In this document: one piece after another, positions 38,402-47,750 of the stretch | Numbering within the stretch: position 1 is the stretch's first letter | How the letters are laid out: each line of letters starts with the position of its first letter | Made by a program: the position numbers and the translations under genes | Assembly: GCA_965204745.1 (NCBI GenBank) | Contig: OZ242010.1 | Coordinates: 4,416,001-4,480,000 of the forward strand | Length of the DNA stretch: 64,000 bases | Direction: 5' to 3' | From: Candidatus Latescibacterota bacterium | Lineage (GTDB): Bacteria > Latescibacterota > UBA2968 | Notes under the pieces: model-generated | What the model saw: only the letters and a program-made list of their open reading frames with translations | Databases searched by the model: none | What the model was told of the DNA's origin: nothing

Positions 38402-38776
38402 ATGCCGGAAACTAAGGTCATATTCTATTGTGAAGCGAACGGAACCGTTCCCGTGCTGGCGTGGCTCGACGACTTGCTTCCCAAGGTTAGGGCCAAATGT
38501 ATTGTAAAAATTGAGCGACTCAGCACATTAGGATATGAACTTCGGAGACCTGAAGCCGATTATTTGAGAGACGATATTTACGAACTTCGCATCGCATATC
38601 GCAACATTCAATATCGGCTTCTTTACTTTTTTTGTGGACGTAACGCCGCGGTGCTCTCGCACGGCATTGTCAAAACACAGCGCGTGCCGCCTGCGGAAAT
38701 CGCCCGTGCTATTCGCCGAAAAAGAAACTTTGAACGGAATCCTGAACGACATACTTATTCGCTGGAGAATGAATGA
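38402..38776 (+). CDS. RelE/ParE-superfamily (Gp49-like) toxin
   Basis: LRRPEADYLRDDIYELR, YRLLYFF, LSHGIVK. Confidence 0.88.
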   Translation: MPETKVIFYCEANGTVPVLAWLDDLLPKVRAKCIVKIERLSTLGYELRRPEADYLRDDIYELRIAYRNIQYRLLYFFCGRNAAVLSHGIVKTQRVPPAEIARAIRRKRNFERNPERHTYSLENE

Positions 38777-39090
38777 TGCGCGAAAAAAGAACCATAGATG
38801 CCGTGGAAATCCTGCACAAACGCTATGTCGCGGGCGACCCGAAGTTGGAAGCCTTGCTCAAAACGGAACGGATCAACGCAGAGATCGGCACTCAACTCTA
38901 TCACCTTAGAACCGCGTCTGGCCTGTCGCAACGGGAATTGGCCGATCAGGCCAGCATGCCCGTCTCGGTCATTGACAGCCTTGAAAACGCCGACTACGAA
39001 GGACACGCCTTGGCCGTATTCCGTCAGATCGCCGCCATGCTGAACAAACGGGGCCAGATTTCTTCTGACGCCCAGGCGATCAGCGGATGA
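38773..39090 (+). CDS. XRE/HTH antitoxin
   Basis: LRTASGLSQRELA....V...LENADYEGH; overlaps the toxin stop. Confidence 0.85.
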   Translation: MMREKRTIDAVEILHKRYVAGDPKLEALLKTERINAEIGTQLYHLRTASGLSQRELADQASMPVSVIDSLENADYEGHALAVFRQIAAMLNKRGQISSDAQAISG

Positions 39091-39184
39091 ATGCGGATTG
39101 GGGCGCAGGTAGGGCGGAGCGTGCAGGTGGTGTAAAGGATGTAGCAGGTGCGAAGGACGCAGTGGGGGTGGTAGGGGTAGGGTA

Positions 39185-39420
39185 ATCCGCGCAATCCCCT
39201 AATCCGCGCAAATCCGCGATCCAGACAACAAAAAGCCCGAGTTCCTTGCGAACCCGGGCTTGTTTTTTGTGCGTTCTTTCATCTGTGTTCATCCGTGTTC
39301 ATCCGTGGTTGCTTTCCCCCTCTTGTATCTTTGGGCGAGCACGGGGGCATCGCCCCTACACACTGATCGCCTTTGAACGTTGTACCCCTTTTGTGCCTTT
39401 TGTGCTTTTTGTGGCTAATT
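39185..39420. repeat. Cluster of different short repeat families (AATCCGCG-type, hairpin, ATCCGTGTTC-type, GTAG REP, TTTTGTG-type)
   Basis: Read directly; counterparts at ~21190-21230 and ~45795-45825. Confidence 0.7.
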
Positions 39421-39442
39421 GTGTCTGTTATGCCTCTTGTGG

Positions 39443-40819
39443 CTAAAATCCCATCTTCCATCTCCCGTACTTCCGCAAAATCTCGATCAACTCGTCATGC
39501 GGTAGCGCGGGCATCACGCGGTCGTCGCGTCCCACCATAGAATCGGCCACGCACATGGCATTGACAATCGCCTCTTCCGTGGCTTCGATAGTGGCTTGAA
39601 ACAGCGGGGTGAGCCGGTGATCGCGCAATGTGGTAATGGTATCGCGGTCCGCCCGCGTGCGCGACAGGCGGTACGCCGTTGAAAACGCGATGGCAAAATC
39701 GCCGCTGCTCGTGCGGGAAACCGTACCCGTGCGCCCAATGCCCACAGGCGCGCGCTTGCACAACCGGCGCAACTGATGCGGCACCAAGGGCGCGTCTGTG
39801 GCAATGACCACGATGATCGACCCGTCGCGCGTGGGCGTTCTCTCAACCGGCAGTTCCCGGCCGACGGGCACCCCATCGATGACGAGCATGGGCCTGCGCC
39901 CGCAGTTGGCATTGACGAGCACCCCGACCGTATGTCCATCCGGCACGACCCGAGACGCCGTGCCAATGCCGGCTTTGAAGCCGTACGCGCGCATCCCCGT
40001 ACCCGCGCCGACCGAGCCTTCGGGCACCGGCCCGGTCCTTGCCTTTTCAATGGCCGCGACGACGTGATCGATCCCAACGTGTCGCCCGGCAATATCATTC
40101 AACCCCCCGTCATAACACTCGGCCACCACGGGCAGGGGAACGCGGCCCGCGCCCTGTTTGAGCATGTACGCGACCACCCCGCTATACCCTTCGCCCACCG
40201 AGAGCGTATTCGTCAGCACGATGGGCACCTCGAGTTGCCCGCGCTCATTGACCCAAGCCATGCCCGTCATCTCGCCATTGCCATTGAGGGCCTCGGCCGC
40301 GGCAAACACCTGATTGCGATAAACATCCTCCCCGTGCGGCACGACAGCCGTGACCCCCGTGCGAACCGGGCCTTTGCCCACGACGAGCTCGCCCTGCCCT
40401 TTGATCAGCGTCACATGCCCGACGCGCACGCCCGCCACATCGGTAATCGCATTGTACTTCCCCGTGGGCAACACGCCAATTTGAATGCCCAATTCCCGAG
40501 CACGCGCCCGCTGGGCATCACAGGGCATTGCGAGCAGCGAGACGAGGAACCAGAGTGTACAGGCACTTTTGAGAAATCGTCTAAATGCCCCCTCTCCGAG
40601 ACGGGGATGGCCTCCTTTTTCGTAGGAAGCACCGATTCCCCCTTTGTATCGTTGGGCACTACAAACACTGCTCGCCTTTGAACGGGCTATCGCCAGTTGT
40701 ACCCCTTTTGTGCCTTTGAACGGGCTGTCGCCAGTTGTACCCCTTTTGTGCCTTTTGTGGCTATAATCCCATCTTCCTCGTAGAAAGGGGGTAGGTTTGA
40801 ATCCCATAAAACACCTCAT
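39443..40819 (-). CDS. DmpA/P1-family (S58) aminopeptidase with repeat-derived N-terminal insertion
   Basis: RARELG, NAITDVAGVRVGH, RTGVTA, EGSVGAGTG, KAGIGTASR, GSIIVVIATDAP, SGDFAIAFST. The ATG at 40819 overlaps the upstream stop. Confidence 0.85.
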   Translation of the reverse strand: MRCFMGFKPTPFLRGRWDYSHKRHKRGTTGDSPFKGTKGVQLAIARSKASSVCSAQRYKGGIGASYEKGGHPRLGEGAFRRFLKSACTLWFLVSLLAMPCDAQRARARELGIQIGVLPTGKYNAITDVAGVRVGHVTLIKGQGELVVGKGPVRTGVTAVVPHGEDVYRNQVFAAAEALNGNGEMTGMAWVNERGQLEVPIVLTNTLSVGEGYSGVVAYMLKQGAGRVPLPVVAECYDGGLNDIAGRHVGIDHVVAAIEKARTGPVPEGSVGAGTGMRAYGFKAGIGTASRVVPDGHTVGVLVNANCGRRPMLVIDGVPVGRELPVERTPTRDGSIIVVIATDAPLVPHQLRRLCKRAPVGIGRTGTVSRTSSGDFAIAFSTAYRLSRTRADRDTITTLRDHRLTPLFQATIEATEEAIVNAMCVADSMVGRDDRVMPALPHDELIEILRKYGRWKMGF

Positions 40820-41949
40820 TTCTTTTTTGCCCCGTGTCGCCGGCCTTTCCACGTAAATCCCCGCGCTGTCCCCGCCAGGCCAACCAGCACGATGTACGGG
40901 ATTTGCGCGATCTCCCAAATCGGAAACGCGGAAAACAAATCCCTGCGGTTGAACGTCAAAACGCCCTTTCCCACCACGAGCACGTCAGCCAAAATTTTGC
41001 CCCCCCAACAGAGCAGGGGAAGTTTGTAATCGCCATCCATCACCGCGAAAAACAAGGCGATGGGAATGAGCGCGTTCACCGTAAAGACCGCGGCGATGTA
41101 CGCGAAAAACCCCGGATTGAGGCGCAGTTGATACGCGGCATTGGACGCCCACCGCTTGCGTTGTTGCCACAGTGATGATGGGGTCTCGGGCCGATGCGTC
41201 GTCACAAAAGCACCGGGATCATCCGCAAACGCCACGCGCCCGTCCCACGCCTTGTGGAGCAACTGGAGCAACAACACATCGTCTCCAGACGCCCGGTGTG
41301 CAATCTCCCGAAACCCGCCCACTCGTTCAAACAGGCTTTTCCGATAGGCAAAATTTTGCCCCGAAGCCGCGAGGGGCATCCCCACGCCCGCGGCCCCAGC
41401 CGCCGCCGCCATCAGCACAAAAAAATCCAACGCCTGCAAGCGATGGAAAAACGAGCGCGGTTCCCGCAGTTGCGAAAACCCAATCACGACGCCCGCATCT
41501 GCCGTCATATAAGACGCCACGGCCGCAACCCAAGTGGGCGGCACCGTGCAATCCGCGTCCGTGGTCAGGATCCACTCTCCTCGGGCGTGCTGAATGCCGA
41601 CGGACAGCGGTCGCTTTTTCGCCGCCATGTCCAAAAACCGGTCTCCAACGGACAACGAGCGCAGGTTGTCCATGCCCGCAGATGCGACGACATGGGATGT
41701 GCGATCAGTCGAATCGTCGTCGACGACCAAAACTTCAAATCGGTCGGCCGGATAAGTCTGTCGCTCGAGACTGCCGAGACATCTCCCGATGTAATCGGCT
41801 TCGTTGCGCGCGGCGATCACGACAGAGATAAACGGCGTCTCACGAGTGCGCGCCTGGCTCCTCAATCGGCATAATCCAACGAAAAAACACAGCGCGACGA
41901 GGCCGTAAAGCGCGGCGGAGAACGCCGACAAATACAGGATGAAATCCAT
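40816..41949 (-). CDS. Membrane-anchored GT2 glycosyltransferase
   Basis: SVVIAARNE, VDDDSTD, TTDADC, SGDDV, QRKRW. Confidence 0.92.
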   Translation of the reverse strand: MDFILYLSAFSAALYGLVALCFFVGLCRLRSQARTRETPFISVVIAARNEADYIGRCLGSLERQTYPADRFEVLVVDDDSTDRTSHVVASAGMDNLRSLSVGDRFLDMAAKKRPLSVGIQHARGEWILTTDADCTVPPTWVAAVASYMTADAGVVIGFSQLREPRSFFHRLQALDFFVLMAAAAGAAGVGMPLAASGQNFAYRKSLFERVGGFREIAHRASGDDVLLLQLLHKAWDGRVAFADDPGAFVTTHRPETPSSLWQQRKRWASNAAYQLRLNPGFFAYIAAVFTVNALIPIALFFAVMDGDYKLPLLCWGGKILADVLVVGKGVLTFNRRDLFSAFPIWEIAQIPYIVLVGLAGTARGFTWKGRRHGAKKK

Positions 41950-41951
41950 TG

Positions 41952-43013
41952 CTATCCGGGGCTCACCTTTTCGATATCGTAAAACATGCCCTTCACGCCT
42001 TCCGAGCAATTGTTGCAGATCGGCACAGCCGTGCGGTCTTTGAGAATGGCATTGCGAAAATCCGCGTATTTTTTGCCCGTCCAAATCCGGTCGAAATCCC
42101 CTTCTGCCAACGCATCTCCCAAGCCGTAATGCACATCTTTGTCAAAACAGCACGGCGAAACCGCGCCATCCCAGTTGATCACCGTGCTGTACCACAAATG
42201 CCGGCAGGTATTGCTGATCTCGCTTTTGGTCGCGAGGTGATCCGCATCGTAATCGTAGCGGCTGAACTTCTCATCCGAAGGCAAAAAGGTCTCGGCATCG
42301 GCTTCGGTATAAACCTGGGCCGTTTTGAGCGACAGGCGATCCACCCCCAAGTTCCGGGCGAGTTGGCGCGCGGCTTCAATTTCGCCCTCGTTGTGTTTCA
42401 TAATGATAAATTGCAGGTGGATCAACGGGTGGCGTTTTCGCAACTCGCGCTTGGCCTGAACCAGCAGCCGGATGCCCTCGAGCACGCGGTCAAAATTGCC
42501 CCCCACGCGGTACTTGACGTAGCTTTCCGGCGTGACCCCGTCCAGCGAAACCACGAGCTCCGACAAGCCGGAATCGACGATATCCCGCGCGGTCTCCCGA
42601 TTCTTGACATAGTGGACATTGGTGCTCGTCAGCGTGGGCACGTTGTGCGCGGTCGCCAAGCGGATCATATCCGTGAGACGCTTGTTGATAAACGGCTCGC
42701 CTTGGTTCCACAACATGAGGAGCAACAAGTGATCGGCCTGTTGTTCGAACACATGCTTGAAATGGTCGTAAGGCATCGTGCCGCGCGCCCGGGTCATCTC
42801 CCCATTGCCCGAGGGGCACAGCGGGCATTTGAGGTTGCAAAAATTGGTGGGTTCGACCATGAGCACAAAGGGCTTGCCCATGCGAATATCCCGCCGAAAC
42901 ACATTGGACAGCCCATAAGACGCCACCACCTTCGCGGCATTCCACACGCGCCTCGGCGTGATTGCGCGATGGTATCTCATCAGGGTTTCGGGCAACAATT
43001 TAATCGAGAGCAT
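41952..43013 (-). CDS. Radical SAM/SPASM-domain protein
   Basis: CNLKCPLC, GEPF, and SPASM/twitch-type C..LW....INWDG.V.PCCFD...C..C. Confidence 0.92.
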   Translation of the reverse strand: MLSIKLLPETLMRYHRAITPRRVWNAAKVVASYGLSNVFRRDIRMGKPFVLMVEPTNFCNLKCPLCPSGNGEMTRARGTMPYDHFKHVFEQQADHLLLLMLWNQGEPFINKRLTDMIRLATAHNVPTLTSTNVHYVKNRETARDIVDSGLSELVVSLDGVTPESYVKYRVGGNFDRVLEGIRLLVQAKRELRKRHPLIHLQFIIMKHNEGEIEAARQLARNLGVDRLSLKTAQVYTEADAETFLPSDEKFSRYDYDADHLATKSEISNTCRHLWYSTVINWDGAVSPCCFDKDVHYGLGDALAEGDFDRIWTGKKYADFRNAILKDRTAVPICNNCSEGVKGMFYDIEKVSPG

Positions 43014-43014
43014 A

Positions 43015-44103
43015 TTATTTCCATTTGAACGATGAACATGTGCCGAGCGCGCACACCACGACGATATACGGCGCGATCAGGATTTCGAGCACGGGAAACC
43101 ACCAGAGCAACTTCAGACTCTTGAAGCGCGTCGCACCGGCGAGCAAAAACACCGCATCCGCGATCACCTTTGCGATGAGACAAACGCCAGTCGCAAAAAA
43201 CAACTCGGCGTCGACCCAGTACAAGACCGGAAGCGTCGACAAGATGGCGTGAAATATATACACCGCAACCGCCGGAATCAAGACTGGAACGCCGTAGTGG
43301 ATGGTCTTGGATTGGTAGCGCACCTGCCGATAGATGAGATTGTCCGCATGAGACGCAGATGGCACAAAAGCATCTGCATTGAACCGAATTTTCCACGCGC
43401 TTTTCTGTGCGACCTGCCGCATGAGCAACACGTCATCCCCTCCGACGATGTGCCCGATCTCCGCAAAGCCATCGACCTCGTCAAAGGCTTTTCTGCGATA
43501 GGCCATGTTGCGCCCCGAACACGTCAGCGGAACCCCGATGCCCGCGCTGCCGGCCGCGAGCGTGGAAACGATGAGGGCTTGCAAAGACAGGAGGCCGGAC
43601 AGTGCCCTCTCGTTTCGCAACAAAGGGGCATGCCCGATGACCATCCCCACCTCCGGCGCGAAGTGCGCGAGCGTGGAAGCGATCCACCGCGGGTCGGGCC
43701 GGCAATCCGCGTCCGTCGTGAACACAATCTCCCCCCGCGATTGTGCGATGCCGTGCCACAGGGCGTTTTTTTTTGGGCACTCGCAATACCGCTCCGCCAC
43801 GGACACACACCGGATATGTGCCGAGCGGCGCGCCCATTCCGCAACGCGATCCGCCGTGCCATCAGCAGATCGGTCGTCGACGACGATAATCTCCACGCGC
43901 TTTGAGGGATACGTCTGCGCGACCAATGCCCGCAAACACGCATCGATATTGCCGGCCTCATTCCGCGCTGGCACGATGACAGAGACCGATAGACCTCGAT
44001 CAGGCCCCATCCGCGGTCTGTATCTGCGAAACAGGCCAAAGAAAAAAAGCGCAATCGACGAGATATACAAAGCGCAAAGGCTCGTGACGAAATAGATCGA
44101 CAT
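43015..44103 (-). CDS. Membrane-anchored GT2 glycosyltransferase
   Basis: SVIVPARNE, VDDRSAD, TTDADC, GGDDV, RQVRY. Confidence 0.92.
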   Translation of the reverse strand: MSIYFVTSLCALYISSIALFFFGLFRRYRPRMGPDRGLSVSVIVPARNEAGNIDACLRALVAQTYPSKRVEIIVVDDRSADGTADRVAEWARRSAHIRCVSVAERYCECPKKNALWHGIAQSRGEIVFTTDADCRPDPRWIASTLAHFAPEVGMVIGHAPLLRNERALSGLLSLQALIVSTLAAGSAGIGVPLTCSGRNMAYRRKAFDEVDGFAEIGHIVGGDDVLLMRQVAQKSAWKIRFNADAFVPSASHADNLIYRQVRYQSKTIHYGVPVLIPAVAVYIFHAILSTLPVLYWVDAELFFATGVCLIAKVIADAVFLLAGATRFKSLKLLWWFPVLEILIAPYIVVVCALGTCSSFKWK

Positions 44104-44363
44104 GGATAGTGGTCAGTGGTCAGTAGTCAGTAGTCAGTCCGCCCATCCATCCGGCCCCATGCCCGCCTCAAACAAAGTATGGACTTTGCAGGCAAGTAAA
44201 AAGCGAAAAGTCAAGCGAATCGCCCTCTAAAAAACGCGCTACAAATCGTTTGACAATGCGAATAAAGCATTGAAGCCATCGCGCCCTTGTCCTTTCGCTA
44301 CTCGGTGGATTCAATCCCGCTCGGTCACGTCTCAAAGGTCAACCAAGAGAGACTCGTTTTATT

Positions 44364-44738
44364 GGGACCTACCCCCTGGCCCCCTTCCTAAGAGGAAGGG
44401 GGAATGGCGAGAGGTTGTGCGAGGGATTGTGTGTAAGGGTTTTTGGATTTGCATGGCGTGATCCATTCGCCCAAAGCCATCATAATAGCCCTGGATACAA
44501 CCCTTCAAGAAAGCCATGCGCTCCCCCTTTCCTTGTAGGCACAGGCGTAGCCTACAATGAGCGAAGCGAATAACGGGGCCAGGGGGATAGGTCGCTTTTT
44601 CATGGCGCGATCCATTCGCCCAAAGCCATCAAAATAGCCCTGGATACAACCCTTCAAGAAAGCCATGCGCTCCCCCTTTCCTCGTAGGAAAGGGGGCCGG
44701 GGGGATAGGTCGCTTTTTCATGGCGCGATCCATTCGCT
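44364..44738. repeat. Composite palindromic repeat array, inverted relative to 21250-21600
   Basis: Same units on direct comparison. Confidence 0.85.
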
Positions 44739-44746
44739 CCAACCCA

Positions 44747-44783
44747 AACAAAAACGCCATCGGCAAATCGCTGATGGCGTTTC
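44747..44783 (-). terminator. Intrinsic terminator after purC
   Basis: Minus strand AAACGCCATCAGCGATTTGCCGATGGCGTTTTTGTTT. Confidence 0.7.
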
Positions 44784-44805
44784 TGCTATCGCGTGACTTC
44801 GGTTG

Positions 44806-45771
44806 CTAAAAATACGGCGCGATATTCTTTTCGATGCGCTCGAGGATGGGGGTGTCGTCCCTGTCCGCGACGAATGTTTCGCCTGTTACGCGCTCGAACA
44901 AATCGATGTAGCGCTCGGAAACTCGCGTGCGGATATCGTCATCCAATTCGGGGATATTGTCGTCAGAAATTCCCTTCTCCACCAGCCAGAGGCGCAAAAA
45001 CTCTTTGTCCAAACTCTCGGGTTCCTCGCCGCGAGCGTGCAGGTCATGATACGAATCGAGAATCCAGTAGCGCGAGGAATCCGGGGTGTGAATCTCATCG
45101 GCCACGGTCAGATTGCCCGCTGCATCCAACCCCATCTCGTATTTGGTATCTACCAAAATCAACCCGCGTTGCGCGGCTAATTCCGTACCGCGGGCGAAAA
45201 GTTTCAGCGCGACCTCTTCCACCTCTGCCCACCGATCTGCATCGACCAACCCGCGGGCGACAATTTGCTCTGGCGAGATCGACTCGTCGTGATCCTCTGC
45301 CTTTGTCGTGGGCGTGATGATCGGCGCGTCAAACGGCTGGTTTTTTACCATGCCTTCGGGCAAATGCACGCCGCAAAAATGCCGCACGCCCTTGGCGTAG
45401 TTCGTCCACACCGAGGTGTCGGTGCTACCGGTGAGGTACCGCCGCACCACGATCTCGACCGGCAACATGTCGAGTTCACGCGCCACTGTCACATTGGGGT
45501 CTGGCACGTCGATCACCTGATTGGGCACGATGTCTCGCGTCTGGTCAAACCAGTACTGCGCGGTGCGGTTCAACACCTGCCCCTTGAGCGGAATCGCCCC
45601 CAAGATGTGGTCAAACGCGCTTTGCCGATCCGTGGTGATCAAAATGCGTTTGTCGTCGAGCAAATAAATATCCCGCACTTTGCCCTTTTTGTACCGAGGC
45701 TGCCAGCGGTCAAACCTGGCCTCCAACAAACAGTTGTCCAGTTGCGAACGAATTTGTGCTTGAGAAATCAT
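44806..45771 (-). CDS. purC: SAICAR synthase
   Basis: GKVRDIY, TDRQSAFD, TPTTKA, LVDTKYEMG, DEIHTPDSSRYW, SLDKEF. Confidence 0.95.
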   Translation of the reverse strand: MISQAQIRSQLDNCLLEARFDRWQPRYKKGKVRDIYLLDDKRILITTDRQSAFDHILGAIPLKGQVLNRTAQYWFDQTRDIVPNQVIDVPDPNVTVARELDMLPVEIVVRRYLTGSTDTSVWTNYAKGVRHFCGVHLPEGMVKNQPFDAPIITPTTKAEDHDESISPEQIVARGLVDADRWAEVEEVALKLFARGTELAAQRGLILVDTKYEMGLDAAGNLTVADEIHTPDSSRYWILDSYHDLHARGEEPESLDKEFLRLWLVEKGISDDNIPELDDDIRTRVSERYIDLFERVTGETFVADRDDTPILERIEKNIAPYF

Positions 45772-45889
45772 GGGTCATACCCTCCAAAAAAAGGAACCAC
45801 AGACGAACACGGATAAACGCGGATGGGCCGAGACGAGCTAGGCCAAAGTTCAAAAAAAAGAAAAGCAACCACAGATGAACGACGTGAAC

Positions 45890-46135
45890 TCAATTGAAAA
45901 ATGCGATCTTGACCAGCAGGCCAATGGCGATCATAACCCCAACCCACAGCGAGGAAACCTTTACATCGAGACGATGAAGCCGGTCATTTACTGCACTCAT
46001 CTCTCGCCTCATTTCCCGCCTCATGTCGCGTTGATCAGCCTCAATCTGCGCCAATCGCGCCCGGATTTCTTCAATGATACCCTCGATCCGAGAGATGCGC
46101 CCCTCGTGGTTGAGGGTCTCTTTTGAATCTGTCAT
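45890..46135 (-). CDS. Small coiled-coil plus TM protein
   Basis: AGGAGG RBS; RISRIEGIIEEIR...GLLVKIAFFN. Confidence 0.78.
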   Translation of the reverse strand: MTDSKETLNHEGRISRIEGIIEEIRARLAQIEADQRDMRREMRREMSAVNDRLHRLDVKVSSLWVGVMIAIGLLVKIAFFN

Positions 46136-46148
46136 GCGTTTCCTCCTT

Positions 46149-46215
46149 TACGTGAAATCATTAAAAAATGCGATCTGGACCAGCAGGCCCATGATGAATA
46201 CCAACCCCGCCTTAC
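46149..46215 (-). pseudogene. 3' remnant of a third coiled-coil/TM paralog
   Basis: Reads AGLVFIMGLLVQIAFFNDFT*, with no 5' part. Confidence 0.6.
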
Positions 46216-46241
46216 CTCTTATGGCATCGCCTTTACGCCAC

Positions 46242-47711
46242 CTAAACCGCGCGATACAAAATCCCCGCCTCGCGCAAGCGCACGATCAACTCGGCTTGGG
46301 TGCCGCTTCCCTTGCGAGCGTTGCAACTGTTGCAAAGCAGTTGCAGATTCTCTTTGTGATCTCCTCCACCTTTTGCACGCGGAGTGATGTGGTCAACGGT
46401 CATATTTTGAAACGGGAAGTGAACGCCACAGCCCTTGCAATTTCCCGCTTGTTCGCCGTACAACACATGCTTGTGCGTCCTGTAATCGGGCAATGCCTCG
46501 ATGTCCGTGCGGCGCGGAAGGTCCGTTCTGTGGATCACTTTCGGGAGTTTCCCGCCTTTCAGCAGTCCATCTTCATCGGATACCTTTTGCAATCGTTCCA
46601 CGACAATTTTGCCAGCCAACGGCGACAAGTCGATGCCGACCCACTGACGCCCCAACATCTCTGCGGAAACGCAAGTGGTGGCGCAACCGCAAAACGGATC
46701 GAGCACCACATCCCCCTCATTTGTAGAGGCTTGAACAATCCGTTCTAACAATGCGAGGGGTTTTTGGGTCGGATACCCCGTGCGCTCACGCCCTTTCACC
46801 GGCGGAATATCCAACACCAAATCCCCACTCACCACGCCGGGCATCAACGACAAGTATTTCTTCATGTAGGGTTTTCCACGAGACGACCAATAAATCAACC
46901 CCGCATCATCCAACGCCTCACATTTGGACAACTGATCCAACTCGGCATAATCGGCGGGCAATCGCGCATGGGCGGATGATGGAATGCGATCAAGTCCCGG
47001 CGGTGCCCACGCACGGCCAGACGGTGGCAACACCCCTCGAAATGGCAGATATGCCTCCGGCCCCCCGGGTTTTCCACCGGTCAAATCAGCCGTAGCCCAC
47101 CGCCCATATTCATCTTCATTCCGATATTGTGATGCGATAAACGCTTGTGAATACGGCTCGTACTGTTGATTCCAAACAGCCTTGCCCGACAGCGCGTAGT
47201 ACAGAACGCGATCACTATTGACCGCAAATTTCTTAGCAAAAGACTTTGTCGATGTTCGACGCCACACCAATTCATTCCGAAAATTATCGCGCCCAAAGAT
47301 GCTGTCCATCAGCATTTTCAAATAGTGACTGGCCGTGGGATCACAATGCAAATAAATACTCCCCGTCGCCTTGAGAATCCGTTTCAATTCCAAAAGACGC
47401 ACTGCCATCATCACCAAATAAGACTTCATCCCTTTTCCATGCGAAAACCCTGCCGCCTCAATCACCCGATACAACGCAGGCTCTTGGTCTGCAATCAAGC
47501 CCAACCAGGCAACATCCAAATCGCTCAATGTCCACGTATCTTTGAAAGCCGCACCGGCCGCGACCGACCCAATCGGCGCGGAGTAATTGCGATTCGAGTT
47601 GAACGGCGGATCGAGATACGCCAAATCCACACTCGCGGAGTTCATGCCCCGCAGAATGTCGAGATTGTCGCCCTCAAAGATCGTGCGATTCGCCCAATTC
47701 GCCTTCGCCAT
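46242..47711 (-). CDS. Amino-DNA methyltransferase (beta class) fused to a C-terminal HNH endonuclease
   Basis: YLDPPFNS, YPTQKP, VLDPFCGC, then C..C...TVDHITPRAKGG....NLQLLC..CN..K. Confidence 0.88.
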   Translation of the reverse strand: MAKANWANRTIFEGDNLDILRGMNSASVDLAYLDPPFNSNRNYSAPIGSVAAGAAFKDTWTLSDLDVAWLGLIADQEPALYRVIEAAGFSHGKGMKSYLVMMAVRLLELKRILKATGSIYLHCDPTASHYLKMLMDSIFGRDNFRNELVWRRTSTKSFAKKFAVNSDRVLYYALSGKAVWNQQYEPYSQAFIASQYRNEDEYGRWATADLTGGKPGGPEAYLPFRGVLPPSGRAWAPPGLDRIPSSAHARLPADYAELDQLSKCEALDDAGLIYWSSRGKPYMKKYLSLMPGVVSGDLVLDIPPVKGRERTGYPTQKPLALLERIVQASTNEGDVVLDPFCGCATTCVSAEMLGRQWVGIDLSPLAGKIVVERLQKVSDEDGLLKGGKLPKVIHRTDLPRRTDIEALPDYRTHKHVLYGEQAGNCKGCGVHFPFQNMTVDHITPRAKGGGDHKENLQLLCNSCNARKGSGTQAELIVRLREAGILYRAV

Positions 47712-47750
47712 CGTCACGGTCTCCAGTCGCCTTTTTATCAACGCCATAAG

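Noticed and set aside
36219-39270. Integron cassette array
   Set aside because: No intI and no attC-like RYYYAAC...GTTRRRY palindromes; repeat R is not palindromic.
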